NCBI GenBank assembly: GCA_943370285.1
Contig: CALRQJ020000001.1
Span: forward strand, 98,276-162,275
DNA length: 64,000 nucleotides
Reading direction: 5' to 3'
DNA from: Methylophilus rhizosphaerae
GTDB lineage: Bacteria; Bacteroidota; Bacteroidia; Chitinophagales; Chitinophagaceae
Below the pieces are notes generated by a model. It saw only the letters and a program-made list of their open reading frames with translations, searched no databases and had not been told where the DNA came from. A program made the position numbers and the translations under genes. Shown piece by piece: positions 37,630 through 47,894 of this stretch. Within the stretch, counting starts at the first letter, position 1, and the number at the start of each line of letters is the position of its first letter.

Positions 37630-38655
37630 TTAACGTTGCACCCTTCCGCTTCCATCTCCCTTCATCAGGTCTTTTACATCGCTTAATGTAGCATGGTTTA
37701 AATCGCCGGGGATGGTATGTTTTAAAGCACTTGCCGCTACGCCAAACTCCGCAGCTTCTGACATTGGCATACCGGTTACCAGGCCATAAATTAAACCGCT
37801 TGCAAATGAATCGCCACTGCCAACACGATCTACAATGCGAACTTCATATTTCTTTGTATGATAAAAATCTGTACCATTGTACACCAGCGCACTCCAACCA
37901 TTATCACTGGCACTGTGGCTTTCTCTTAAAGAAGAAGCGATGTATTTAAAGCCAAACCTGTCCTTCATTTGTTTAAACACATCCTTAAAGCCATCCAGAT
38001 TTAATTCGCCTTTGGTAACATCGGTGTTAGCAGCTTTAAATCCTAAGCACAAATCCGCATCTTCTTCATTACCAATACAAACATCAACATGTTCGCAAAG
38101 CCTGGTCATTACTTCTCTTGCTTTTTCTTGGGTCCACAATTTTTTTCGGAAGTTCAGATCTATGCTGGTTGTAATGCCTTTTGCTTTGGCCGCTTTTAAA
38201 GCGGCTAAAGTAAGTGCCGCAGCTTTATCACTTAATGCAGGTGTAATGCCGGTAGTATGAAACCAGCTTGCCCCCTCAAGTATCTTATCAAAATCAAATT
38301 CGCTTGCATCAACCTCGGCAATAGAAGCACCGGCCCGGTCGTAAACTACCTGCGAGGCTCTCATGCTTGCGCCAGTTTCTAAAAAATATATTCCTAAACG
38401 ATCGCCGCCTCTTGCAATAAATTGCGTATCCACACCATACTTGCGCAAATGGTTGATGGCGGACTGGCCGATTGGATTGTTTGGCACTTTGCTTACAAAG
38501 GTTCCGTTCAATCCATAATTACACAATGCTGCTGATACATTGGCTTCCCCACCTCCGTATGTTATATCAAATGTGTCGGCCTGAACAAAACGTTTGAAAT
38601 CAGGCGTCGACAACCGCAACATGATCTCTCCAAGAGTTACTACTTTATTGCTCAT
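37630..38655 (-). CDS. kdgK: 2-dehydro-3-deoxygluconokinase (PfkB family)
   Basis: PfkB motifs (GGGEANV, DRVGSGDSFASG) and operon context. Confidence 0.8.
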   Translation of the reverse strand: MSNKVVTLGEIMLRLSTPDFKRFVQADTFDITYGGGEANVSAALCNYGLNGTFVSKVPNNPIGQSAINHLRKYGVDTQFIARGGDRLGIYFLETGASMRASQVVYDRAGASIAEVDASEFDFDKILEGASWFHTTGITPALSDKAAALTLAALKAAKAKGITTSIDLNFRKKLWTQEKAREVMTRLCEHVDVCIGNEEDADLCLGFKAANTDVTKGELNLDGFKDVFKQMKDRFGFKYIASSLRESHSASDNGWSALVYNGTDFYHTKKYEVRIVDRVGSGDSFASGLIYGLVTGMPMSEAAEFGVAASALKHTIPGDLNHATLSDVKDLMKGDGSGRVQR

Positions 38656-38680
38656 TTTTGTTTTTATTTTTTTATTATAA

Positions 38681-39511
38681 TTATTTTAAGGAAGCTATTG
38701 GCTGCGGATCCATATCAGTAAATTCTTTATTCTCGCCAGCCATGCCCCAGATGAATCCGTAATTTGCTGTGCCTACACCAAAATGCATACTCCATGGTGC
38801 GGAAATTGCGGCTTCATGATTGGCAACTATCAGGTGCCTGGTTTCCTGGGGCTCACCCATAAAGTGCATTACCCGTTGTGTTGCATCCACATCAAAATAA
38901 AAATAGGCTTCCATGCGGCGGGTATGCGTATGTGGCGGAACAGAATTCCAAACACTGCCTTCATCTAAAGTGGTTAAACCCATTACCAACTGGCAGCTTT
39001 GAATACCATCGTTGTGAATGTATTTGTATATGGTTCTTTTATTTGATGTAGGGATATCACCCAGGTTTACTGGTGCAGCTTCAGCTTTTGTCATTTTTTT
39101 GTTAGGGTAAGACTGATGCGCAGGAACAGATAACATATAAAAATGAGCCGGTGTATCTGCTGCATTGCTGCTGAAACTCACATCTTTTGTGCCTTTGCCC
39201 AAATACACACATTCCAGTTTATCCATTTCATAAACAACGCCATCGGCAGTTACTGTACCTTTGCCCCCCACATTAATGATGCCCATTTCTCTCCTTTCCA
39301 AAAAGAAAATAGCTTTTAGTTCGTCTTCATTTGGCAGGCTGATAGCTGCTGAAGTTGGTACAGCACCTCCAATAATTAAACGGTCGAAATGAGAATAAAC
39401 CAATTCAATTTTACCGGCCTGCATTAGATTTTGTACTAGGAAATTTTCACGCAGTTGCTGCGTATTCATTTGGCTCGTTTCTTTGGGACTGTTTTGAAAT
39501 CTTATTTGCAT
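38681..39511 (-). CDS. kduI: 5-dehydro-4-deoxy-D-glucuronate isomerase
   Basis: 276 aa cupin with a KduI-type N-terminus (...TQQLRENFLVQNLM...GKIELVYSHFDR). Adjacent to kduD. Confidence 0.85.
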   Translation of the reverse strand: MQIRFQNSPKETSQMNTQQLRENFLVQNLMQAGKIELVYSHFDRLIIGGAVPTSAAISLPNEDELKAIFFLERREMGIINVGGKGTVTADGVVYEMDKLECVYLGKGTKDVSFSSNAADTPAHFYMLSVPAHQSYPNKKMTKAEAAPVNLGDIPTSNKRTIYKYIHNDGIQSCQLVMGLTTLDEGSVWNSVPPHTHTRRMEAYFYFDVDATQRVMHFMGEPQETRHLIVANHEAAISAPWSMHFGVGTANYGFIWGMAGENKEFTDMDPQPIASLK

Positions 39512-39546
39512 TTATATAAGTTTTGAGTATTGAGAAACAAGTTATA

Positions 39547-40308
39547 CTATCTACCCATCCATCCACCATCAACAGTTATGATAGTTCCGTTGATATAGTC
39601 TGATGCAGGTGAAGAAAGAAATACGTAAGCACCGGCTAAGTCAGAAGTTTCGCCCCAGCGTGCAGCTGGAATTCTTGAGAGGATAGCAGCGCTTCTATCA
39701 GCATCTGCACGTAAAGCAGTTGTATTGTTTGTTGCAATATAACCAGGAGCAACACCATTTACGGTAATGCCGTGTGGTGCCCACTCATTGGCAAATGCTT
39801 TTAATAAAGAAGCTACAGCGCCTTTACTGGCAGCATATCCAGGCACATTAATACCGCCCTGGAAACTTAACAAAGAGCAGGTAAACACTATCTTACCATA
39901 TTTTTGTTCAAGCATCCGTTTTCCCAACTCCCTTGTTATGATAAATTGAGCATCGAGGTTTATATTGATTATAAGATCCCAAAATTCATCAGAATGAGTT
40001 GCTGCAGGCTCTCTCATAATATGCCCTGCATTATTGATAATAATGTCAATACGGGGATGGTCTGATTTTACTTTATTTAAGAAAGCATATATAGATTTCC
40101 TGTTGGAAAAATCAGCTACATAAGGATAGAATTTTTTTCCTGCAGCTTCCACTGCTTTAGACACTTCTGAGCCCGATTCAGGCATATTATTGGATACTCC
40201 TAGAATGTCAGCACCGGATTGTGCAAGTTCAATTGCTATTGCCATACCTATGCCACTGCTGCATCCTGTTACTAAGGCAATTTTGTTATCCACTCTGAAA
40301 TTTAACAT
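39547..40308 (-). CDS. kduD: 2-dehydro-3-deoxy-D-gluconate 5-dehydrogenase (SDR)
   Basis: SDR with TGCSSGIG and YAASKGA motifs. Paired with kduI. Confidence 0.8.
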   Translation of the reverse strand: MLNFRVDNKIALVTGCSSGIGMAIAIELAQSGADILGVSNNMPESGSEVSKAVEAAGKKFYPYVADFSNRKSIYAFLNKVKSDHPRIDIIINNAGHIMREPAATHSDEFWDLIININLDAQFIITRELGKRMLEQKYGKIVFTCSLLSFQGGINVPGYAASKGAVASLLKAFANEWAPHGITVNGVAPGYIATNNTTALRADADRSAAILSRIPAARWGETSDLAGAYVFLSSPASDYINGTIITVDGGWMGR

Positions 40309-40431
40309 GTTTGTAGTTTTGATTATTAATCTGATTTACAATAAGTATAAAAAAAGAAGGCCAGCAGATATGTGAGAACCACCTATATCAACTCCAATAA
40401 AAATTTTATTTCTGTCATTCATATTTATTTT

Positions 40432-41565
40432 TTACTTGTATAATATTTCCAGTTGATTCTGTAATTGCAATTTGTATTTATACAACCATGCAAACCATAT
40501 TTCATCATTCCTTACAATGCCCTCCTTATCCCAGCATGCACCGGCATAATACGTAAAAGGAATGCCTCTGACTGCTTTACTGTTCATGAGCAATTGGTTA
40601 AAACTGACTCTTATTTTAGAAGAGCTGTTTGCAATAATAGCCGTGCCAGTGGTACCATATTTCGGATGTGTTGGCTCCCAATAACCTAATATGCCTTTTT
40701 GTTCATGTAATAGCATTACCCCGGGTTCTTTTCTTGTTACAATACCTATCACCACAGGCAGCGTATCTAAAGTTGCACTGTTATACTCTACTGTTATTTT
40801 ATTCAACCAACTGCCTGCATCAAGGCTGATGGTTTTTACAGACGATACTAAATGCCCACTTATATTAACGGCATCGTAATTCAAACTAAATGTAATACGC
40901 AACGGTCCATGGTCTAATATTTTCCAAGAACTGAAATTGCCGGGATACCAGACTGAGTCTTTGAAATAGGGGGCTATATTTCCTGCTCCCAACGTATTTC
41001 CAACACTGTAATAGTCCAGTCCATCACCATGATCATCATGATAATCGTTCTTCAGGTAACGGTCATTTATCACTAACTTATTGGTCCTTTTTACCCAAAC
41101 ATCAATGCCATGAGCATTTTCGTTTGTTGTTTCCAAAGCCTTCCCATACATCCTGAATGCAATATGGTCATTTTCCCAGGCAAAATCATCTTTACGCTCG
41201 GGCACAAATCTTCCAAATACTTTTGATTGAACCGGCTTTCTTTTTCGGTTTATTACTTGCAGATGTATACTTTTCATCGCAGAAACGTCTACCTGCGTTA
41301 ATAAACTTTGTATCTGCCCTTTCCCCAGCGTTTCAAACTGAACAGGCAATTCATTCCCTGTCCGACTATCGAGAATTGCAAATAAACCGGTATCGGTAAT
41401 ATTAAAACGATCTGAAAATTGCTGCCATGGAATATTTATCACTTTGCCAACCATTGCAACCGGAGCATTATTAGTAACAACAATCATCCTAGCTTTGACG
41501 GCCTGTGCATGAATCATTGTTTCAGTTTGTAAAATGCCTAGTAGTAGAATTAGATTTTTCAACAT
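40432..41565 (-). CDS. DUF4861-like secreted protein
   Basis: Signal peptide. FAWENDHIAFRMYGKALE...GIDVWVKR motif as I recall it for DUF4861. Typical neighbour of kduI/kduD in Bacteroidota. Confidence 0.5.
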   Translation of the reverse strand: MLKNLILLLGILQTETMIHAQAVKARMIVVTNNAPVAMVGKVINIPWQQFSDRFNITDTGLFAILDSRTGNELPVQFETLGKGQIQSLLTQVDVSAMKSIHLQVINRKRKPVQSKVFGRFVPERKDDFAWENDHIAFRMYGKALETTNENAHGIDVWVKRTNKLVINDRYLKNDYHDDHGDGLDYYSVGNTLGAGNIAPYFKDSVWYPGNFSSWKILDHGPLRITFSLNYDAVNISGHLVSSVKTISLDAGSWLNKITVEYNSATLDTLPVVIGIVTRKEPGVMLLHEQKGILGYWEPTHPKYGTTGTAIIANSSSKIRVSFNQLLMNSKAVRGIPFTYYAGACWDKEGIVRNDEIWFAWLYKYKLQLQNQLEILYK

Positions 41566-41576
41566 TTTTTTAGCCT

Positions 41577-42791
41577 TTATTTTTTTAAAAATCCACCAGC
41601 ATTTTGCAACAATTCATCAAAATACTTCATAACGTAGCTTTTCGAGCCATCCTGCCTGATGAGCCAAAAGCCATTCATTTCCTGATTTGATTTAGCTGTT
41701 TCCGGGTAATTGATCTTTTTTCCATTAGCCGGTTCGTTGCAATACAATTCCCATTGAATAAAATAGGGTACTTTTTGGGCAAGGCATACTGCAAAATATG
41801 TATCCCATCTTTCCCTAAACTCTGCCGGAACGTTTTTAGTATTCATTTCCGGTATTCCTATCTCGCCCAGAAAAACAACATTATCTTTCATGTAAGGAGT
41901 ACGTTTCATTTTAGACTTCACAAAATCAATCCCTTTAAATAAGTCTAAACCAGTTTTATCAAAATCGGTTGCATCATACGCCGACCAGGATACCATATCT
42001 ACTTCTACAAAAGGTAAAACATGTGTGGTAACGGATGGAATACCATACATGGCATCGATTACTTTATTTACTTCGATAGCATGGTACACGCTACATTTAG
42101 AGTTAGGCAACTGTTTCCTTGCACGGTTTACTCCATCCTGCCTTGCTTTAAAAACTGCCTGCATACTTTTAAACCGTTTGTCTATATCTGCTGGTGGCTC
42201 TACTCTACCCCATTGGGCATCCCATCCCACACCGCCACGTACAATCCAGTCAGCTTCCCAGTTTTCAAGAATAAAATCCACTTTGCGGTTTTGATATTGT
42301 TGTAACAAGTATAAAGAGAGTTCATAATATTCCTGCTCTTCCCTCTCAAGACCTGCATCATCAGCATCAAGCATTTTAACTTGATTGGCACTGGTACTTA
42401 GCACAAAGGTTGAAAACGACATGGCAAATACCTCTTTGAATTGTGGATGTTCCGCCATTTGTTTTAGCGTAATGGCGTTCTTCATACTTGTATCAGAATT
42501 ATAAGCATACCCTGTCTGCTTTTTATAAAACCATAGTTTGCATACGCCTAAACCCAGCTCATTGAGCTTAGTGCAACCTTCGACCAGGTAAGGTTTATCA
42601 GTAAAATAGTATTTGCCTCCAACATGAGTGGCTCCCAAAATATCCCTCACATTCCCGGGGATCTTAGCTCCTTTGGAGGGTTTGTACTTTTCAATGACCG
42701 ATAAAATGGCCGCATCATTTGTTTGTGCTGAAAGAAAGATACTTATCCCGAAAAGCAAAAAAAACGATATGAAGAACCTGATATTTTTCAT
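41577..42791 (-). CDS. Uncharacterised secreted protein, possible clan GH-A-like TIM-barrel glycosidase
   Basis: Signal peptide. Candidate catalytic contexts FILENWEADW and VFLGEIGIPE. Its ATG overlaps the GH3 stop (TAATG). Confidence 0.35.
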   Translation of the reverse strand: MKNIRFFISFFLLFGISIFLSAQTNDAAILSVIEKYKPSKGAKIPGNVRDILGATHVGGKYYFTDKPYLVEGCTKLNELGLGVCKLWFYKKQTGYAYNSDTSMKNAITLKQMAEHPQFKEVFAMSFSTFVLSTSANQVKMLDADDAGLEREEQEYYELSLYLLQQYQNRKVDFILENWEADWIVRGGVGWDAQWGRVEPPADIDKRFKSMQAVFKARQDGVNRARKQLPNSKCSVYHAIEVNKVIDAMYGIPSVTTHVLPFVEVDMVSWSAYDATDFDKTGLDLFKGIDFVKSKMKRTPYMKDNVVFLGEIGIPEMNTKNVPAEFRERWDTYFAVCLAQKVPYFIQWELYCNEPANGKKINYPETAKSNQEMNGFWLIRQDGSKSYVMKYFDELLQNAGGFLKK

Positions 42792-44995
42792 TATAATATT
42801 TTTATGTTTAGTGTGCTCGTCAATTTTTCATCAGCCGAATTACTTCCAACCATCACGGTATAATCACCCGGGTATAGAATCCACTGATTTTTTATTACAT
42901 CCCATTTTTTTAAATCATCAGTGTTAATAATAAAATCTACTTTCTTTTTTTCTTTAACTCCCACTTTCACTCTTTTAAAGGCCTTCAATTCTTTTACCGG
43001 CATCCGATTAAGTTCAGGATATTTAATATATACCTGTACCACTTCGTCACCTTCCATTTTACCGGTATTTTCTATGTTAACTGAAAAATGAATGTTGCTG
43101 TCAATAGTAACAGGTTTTTCATTCCATTGATAGTTAAATGAAGTATAGCTAAGCCCAAATCCAAAGGGGAAAGAAACATCACCTTTGAAATATCGGTAGG
43201 TTCTGCCCTGCATGGAGTAATTATCATAAGCTGGCAAATCATTTACCGATTTATAAAAAGTTACTGGCAAACGACCGGAAGGGGAATGCTTGCCGAAAAT
43301 GATATCAGCCAATGCTGTGCCGCCCTGTTCACCGGGATACCAAGCAAGAAGGATAGCATCGGCATAAGGTTTTAAAGCTTCAATATCAATAGCGCTGCCG
43401 GCATTCAACACAAGTACCAATGGCTTTTTGTTGGCACGCAATTGCTGCAATAATTTGATATGCGGCAATGGGATAGAGAGATCAACCTTATCACCGCCAC
43501 TTTTAGACAAAAAGGCATCATGTTCTTCGCCTTCAAGTGCAGGGGTAAGTCCAAGGCATGCAATCGTTACATCTGCAAATCCGGCAGCCCACAATCCACC
43601 AAACCTTGCCGTATCACTATAATCGCTTCCTAATTCATATTGTACCGATATGGCAGGTCCTGCTTCTTCTGTTATACCTTCTAAAAAACTTACCATGTTA
43701 CCTGAAACACCATTATAGTTTCCCATAAGCGTATGCAGGTTGGAAGCGTTGGGTCCAATTACCATCAATGATTTAATGCTAGCCTTTTTAAGTGGCAACA
43801 GATTGTGATCGTTTTTTAAAAGTACGATGCTTTGCAAGGAGGCTTCTTTGGCAAGGCTAATGTGTGCAGGCGTATGTACATGGCTACTATTCAGTTGGTT
43901 AAAGGGATGCAGGTCGTTCGTATCAAATAACCCAAGCTTAAACAGGGTAGTTAAAGATGGCCGCAAAGCCTTATCTATATCTACCACGGTTAGCAACCCT
44001 TTTTCTAAAGCGGTTTTTGCATGGGTCTGTATCAGTTCGCTGCAATCTACATTTATGCCAGCCTTAATAGCAGCAGCTGCCACTTCCTCGGGTGTTGATA
44101 AAACTTTATGCCCCTTGTAAATATCATCTAACGCCCAGCAATCGCTTACCATATGGCCTTTAAAATTCCATTCACCCCTTATAATATCATTGATTAGCTT
44201 GTTATTGATACAACAGGGTTCACCATTCACCCGATTATAGGCACACATTACAGCTTCAACTTTAGCATCCACCAGCCTTTTAAATGCATATAAATAAGTT
44301 TCCCTTAAATCTTTTTCGGTAACCCTTGCGTCAAAACTATGACGCAATGCTTCGGGCCCACTATGAACGGCAAGGTGTTTGGCGCAGGCTGCTGTTTTTA
44401 GGTACTTTGGATTATTACCCTGCAAACCCATTACAAATGCTGTACCCATTGTTGCGGTAAGGTAAGGGTCTTCTCCATACGTTTCCTGACCCCGGCCCCA
44501 GCGTGGATCCCGAAAAATATTGATGTTAGGCGACCAAAAAGTGAGCCCCATGTACTGCAACCTGCTATTTCGTTTAACAGCTTCGTTGTGCTTAGCCCTT
44601 GCTTCGGTGCTTATAGCATCAGCTATATTCAATAACAAATTATCATTAAATGTGGCGGCAAGCGCAATTGCCTGTGGAAAAACAGTTGCCTGACCGGAAC
44701 GTCCAACACCATGCAATGCTTCGTTCCACCAATTGTAAGCAGGTATCCCCAACCTATCTATTGCCTTACTATTATAACCCAGCAACGAAATTTTTTCATC
44801 AAGCGCAAGTCTTGAAATTAAATCATTTAATCTTTGATCAATTGGCCGGGAGGCATCTCGAAATAAATAATTATTGGCCTGCCCATTTAAGTGCCCAATA
44901 AGAAAGAAAAAATAAAGCGCAATGAAAAATAAACTATTTCTTAAAAAAGAAAATTCGTTTTTCCTAATTATTAAACCCTTGTATCCATTCATCAA
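42791..44995 (-). CDS. Glycoside hydrolase family 3 (beta-glucosidase/beta-xylosidase type)
   Basis: 734 aa. GH3 N- and C-domains, nucleophile context KGHMVSDCWAL, and a Fn3-like C-terminal domain. Confidence 0.85.
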   Translation of the reverse strand: MMNGYKGLIIRKNEFSFLRNSLFFIALYFFFLIGHLNGQANNYLFRDASRPIDQRLNDLISRLALDEKISLLGYNSKAIDRLGIPAYNWWNEALHGVGRSGQATVFPQAIALAATFNDNLLLNIADAISTEARAKHNEAVKRNSRLQYMGLTFWSPNINIFRDPRWGRGQETYGEDPYLTATMGTAFVMGLQGNNPKYLKTAACAKHLAVHSGPEALRHSFDARVTEKDLRETYLYAFKRLVDAKVEAVMCAYNRVNGEPCCINNKLINDIIRGEWNFKGHMVSDCWALDDIYKGHKVLSTPEEVAAAAIKAGINVDCSELIQTHAKTALEKGLLTVVDIDKALRPSLTTLFKLGLFDTNDLHPFNQLNSSHVHTPAHISLAKEASLQSIVLLKNDHNLLPLKKASIKSLMVIGPNASNLHTLMGNYNGVSGNMVSFLEGITEEAGPAISVQYELGSDYSDTARFGGLWAAGFADVTIACLGLTPALEGEEHDAFLSKSGGDKVDLSIPLPHIKLLQQLRANKKPLVLVLNAGSAIDIEALKPYADAILLAWYPGEQGGTALADIIFGKHSPSGRLPVTFYKSVNDLPAYDNYSMQGRTYRYFKGDVSFPFGFGLSYTSFNYQWNEKPVTIDSNIHFSVNIENTGKMEGDEVVQVYIKYPELNRMPVKELKAFKRVKVGVKEKKKVDFIINTDDLKKWDVIKNQWILYPGDYTVMVGSNSADEKLTSTLNIKIL

Positions 44996-45030
44996 TAACT
45001 TGTTTTTATAAATTATAGAATACCAATTTA

Positions 45031-47811
45031 TTAAAATTCGCCGGCTACAATGTCATCATTCTCAAATATCACTCCCTGTTTCATTGCTACCTCAATATGC
45101 TTTTTTATTGATTTTTCGCTATAATCAATAATCAATTGATTGCTCCGTTTTTTTATCATCATTAATCCAGGTTTTTTCATAGAAACAGATATGTTTTTCC
45201 ATGGAAGCTTCAACATATCAGGTTTAAAAAAAACGGCTTGCACCTGTTTAATTTCTTTTTGTAAAACCGCTTGCAATGACATGCTATTTCTTAAAATGAT
45301 TATACTTTTTGTAGTTTGATACTTTTGAAAATCTTTTAATGAAACAGCTGGCAATATGGTAAAGGAGTAGGTACCCTCTTTTACTTTTGTACCCAACTTA
45401 ACGCCAAGTGTAAAAACATCTTTTGAAATCGAATCTACCCCTGCTGCAAGGTTGATATCCTTCCATGAACCCGTTTGCTTTTCCTGCTTACATTCTATAG
45501 GAAAATTTCCATGATTAATAACATAACCCACTGAATCATGATAAATTTTGGCAACTCCTGAACCCCCTTTAATAGTCCATATTTTTCCATTTAATAAACA
45601 CTGATTAATGGTTTGATAAAGTGAATCGCCACTTACACCATTTACTAAACAAATAATTTGATTATCAAAAAAGAACCAGGAACGATGTGCAGATACAGAG
45701 TCTTTATTATAATCATATCCAAAACATCCATATAAACCATCGCTTATTCCATATACAAATGATGTTTTTCCACGGGCACCATCTCCCCAATTAAATAAAG
45801 GAAGGGGTGATGTTTTTTGTGCAACTAAAGATCCCGGTAGTTTACGCCAGTTCCATATTGGAAAAATGTTTTCATATTCTTTACCATTTCTAACGAGGTA
45901 ATAGGTGCCATGTCCCTGGTAAAATCCTTTGATATTTTCTCCATTACCTGATTCGCTGCTTATTATACGGTCTGAAGTACCTTTTAACGAAAAATAATAA
46001 TGTTTCCGTTGATGAATCATTAAATCAGACCGCCAGAAATATTTATTGCCAATTAAAGGATTGGAAGTGTTGCTTTCAGACAAGCGCTGATAATATGCAT
46101 CATATTCATTTGTCCTAAACGTATCAACTTCCTTCATCCACCGTAATGAAACCTGCATATTACCTTTGTCAATCTTCTGTCTGGAAATTTCTCTGCCCAT
46201 TGCACTATACTCTAAAAAGCCATTCCTGGTCATCCACTGTTGCCCATCAAGTATATAATGAGAAATGATATTGATCTTATCCTGAGAGAACTGAAAGGAA
46301 GTTTGATTGGCCAGGTAAATAAAACGAACAGCGGTATTGGAAAATCCCTTACCATATCCTAATGCATAGTTTTGTGGACCATGCTGATAAAAACTATAAT
46401 CCGGCTGAATTCCTTCGTTTTGTGTTATTACGATTTCATCGGCAACCGATGCAAAAACCCTTTCTAATCCTATCCGATCATTGGTTAAACAGGCTGCATA
46501 TAAATGCGCAGTAGCTATCCATAATAAATTTTGGCCGGTAGCTTTTCCATGATAATCATAGTAATCTGGCTTTACTCCAAGCATTAGTAACTCAATGCCT
46601 CCTTTCACTGTGAATTCATCTAATTCATTTTCCATTAAAATGAGTACAGACCCTAAGTATCCGGGCACTCCTATTACATTCCACCAATAATTATTGGCTT
46701 TGGGTTTCTCTCTTATCCAATATCGTATTCCATTAAGAATAGCATTCTTTAATAAATTATTTTTATAATAACTACTTTTTTCATTTTTGTAATCAACAGC
46801 AATCTTTACCAGTCTGAACCAATGCTCAGCAGGTTGCCATCTGGAATCTGTCTTATCCATATAATTTATATCAAGCCAATTACCGGAAGGTGTAATTGAT
46901 TTAATTAAACTATCTGTACTTTGATCGGTTGTATATTCATCCTTAAACTCCTGTGCTAAATTAATCTGGTATAGCCTTGATTTAATCATAGAAACATCAT
47001 TCATGGCTTCAGTTTCGTTATACCATTTTACATCATCTACATACACATAGTTATCGTACAATGGCACAGCACCCCCACCACCGGGAAAAGATTCAAATGA
47101 AAGTTTGGTTATTCTACTGGCAGTTTCATCCCGCACAAATAGCATACTATCTACTTGAATTTTTTTTAGGCCATTGCACCAAACTTCTATTTTACCATCA
47201 GCTACATTATTGCTGCTTTGCATGGTAACCGTCATTCGAATGGTATTCCAATCGCCTTTTTTAAAAAAGAATTTTAGATAGCCGGGGTTTTCACCATATT
47301 TACCTTTCATGCCGGCATGATATACATAAAGCTGATTAGAAATAGTTGAATCATGGGCGTCAAACTGTAAACGGACACTTCCTCCGTTACCATTGGTTCT
47401 TGCTTCTTCTCCCCTTCCGCCATCATAACCCACCCCAATTACAAAACCAAACTGTTTGCCATGCAGACCTTGCTGAAAATTGGCATCGTATTTAATTCGA
47501 TACTCTAAGGTGTACTGCTTTGCCGGTTGAATATTTAATTGAACAGCAGCTCCTGTATTATTTACCTTCTCACCTTTATTAAAAGTTATTTTATATACTC
47601 CATTCTCAATAGCACAAAAATTTCTGCCATCCGGATAGCCTCCATTCCCGAAATCATCCTGCAGCATTTTATTTGTATAGATACTATTAGGGTGATTAAA
47701 GCTCACCTGCTTCTTTGCATACTGCTTTGGCCCTTCCTGCTTCTGAGCAATCACTAATTTGCCATTCACGGAAAATAAAACGAACAATATGATTTTTAAA
47801 ATAGTATTCAT
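45031..47811 (-). CDS. Polysaccharide lyase family 8 protein with an extra N-terminal jelly-roll lyase-like domain
   Basis: PL8 motifs NNYWWNVIGVPG and FYQHGPQNYALGYGKGF. An N-terminal ~270 aa domain ends ...SFESFPGGGGAVPLYDNYVYVDDVKWY. The start is set at MNTILKIILF. Confidence 0.75.
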   Translation of the reverse strand: MNTILKIILFVLFSVNGKLVIAQKQEGPKQYAKKQVSFNHPNSIYTNKMLQDDFGNGGYPDGRNFCAIENGVYKITFNKGEKVNNTGAAVQLNIQPAKQYTLEYRIKYDANFQQGLHGKQFGFVIGVGYDGGRGEEARTNGNGGSVRLQFDAHDSTISNQLYVYHAGMKGKYGENPGYLKFFFKKGDWNTIRMTVTMQSSNNVADGKIEVWCNGLKKIQVDSMLFVRDETASRITKLSFESFPGGGGAVPLYDNYVYVDDVKWYNETEAMNDVSMIKSRLYQINLAQEFKDEYTTDQSTDSLIKSITPSGNWLDINYMDKTDSRWQPAEHWFRLVKIAVDYKNEKSSYYKNNLLKNAILNGIRYWIREKPKANNYWWNVIGVPGYLGSVLILMENELDEFTVKGGIELLMLGVKPDYYDYHGKATGQNLLWIATAHLYAACLTNDRIGLERVFASVADEIVITQNEGIQPDYSFYQHGPQNYALGYGKGFSNTAVRFIYLANQTSFQFSQDKINIISHYILDGQQWMTRNGFLEYSAMGREISRQKIDKGNMQVSLRWMKEVDTFRTNEYDAYYQRLSESNTSNPLIGNKYFWRSDLMIHQRKHYYFSLKGTSDRIISSESGNGENIKGFYQGHGTYYLVRNGKEYENIFPIWNWRKLPGSLVAQKTSPLPLFNWGDGARGKTSFVYGISDGLYGCFGYDYNKDSVSAHRSWFFFDNQIICLVNGVSGDSLYQTINQCLLNGKIWTIKGGSGVAKIYHDSVGYVINHGNFPIECKQEKQTGSWKDINLAAGVDSISKDVFTLGVKLGTKVKEGTYSFTILPAVSLKDFQKYQTTKSIIILRNSMSLQAVLQKEIKQVQAVFFKPDMLKLPWKNISVSMKKPGLMMIKKRSNQLIIDYSEKSIKKHIEVAMKQGVIFENDDIVAGEF

Positions 47812-47894
47812 TCCAGTTAAAAGAAATTCGTTATAACAATTATGCTTTGAAAACACACTTTAAAATACCAAATCCTTAGCCTAAGTTTATGCTT

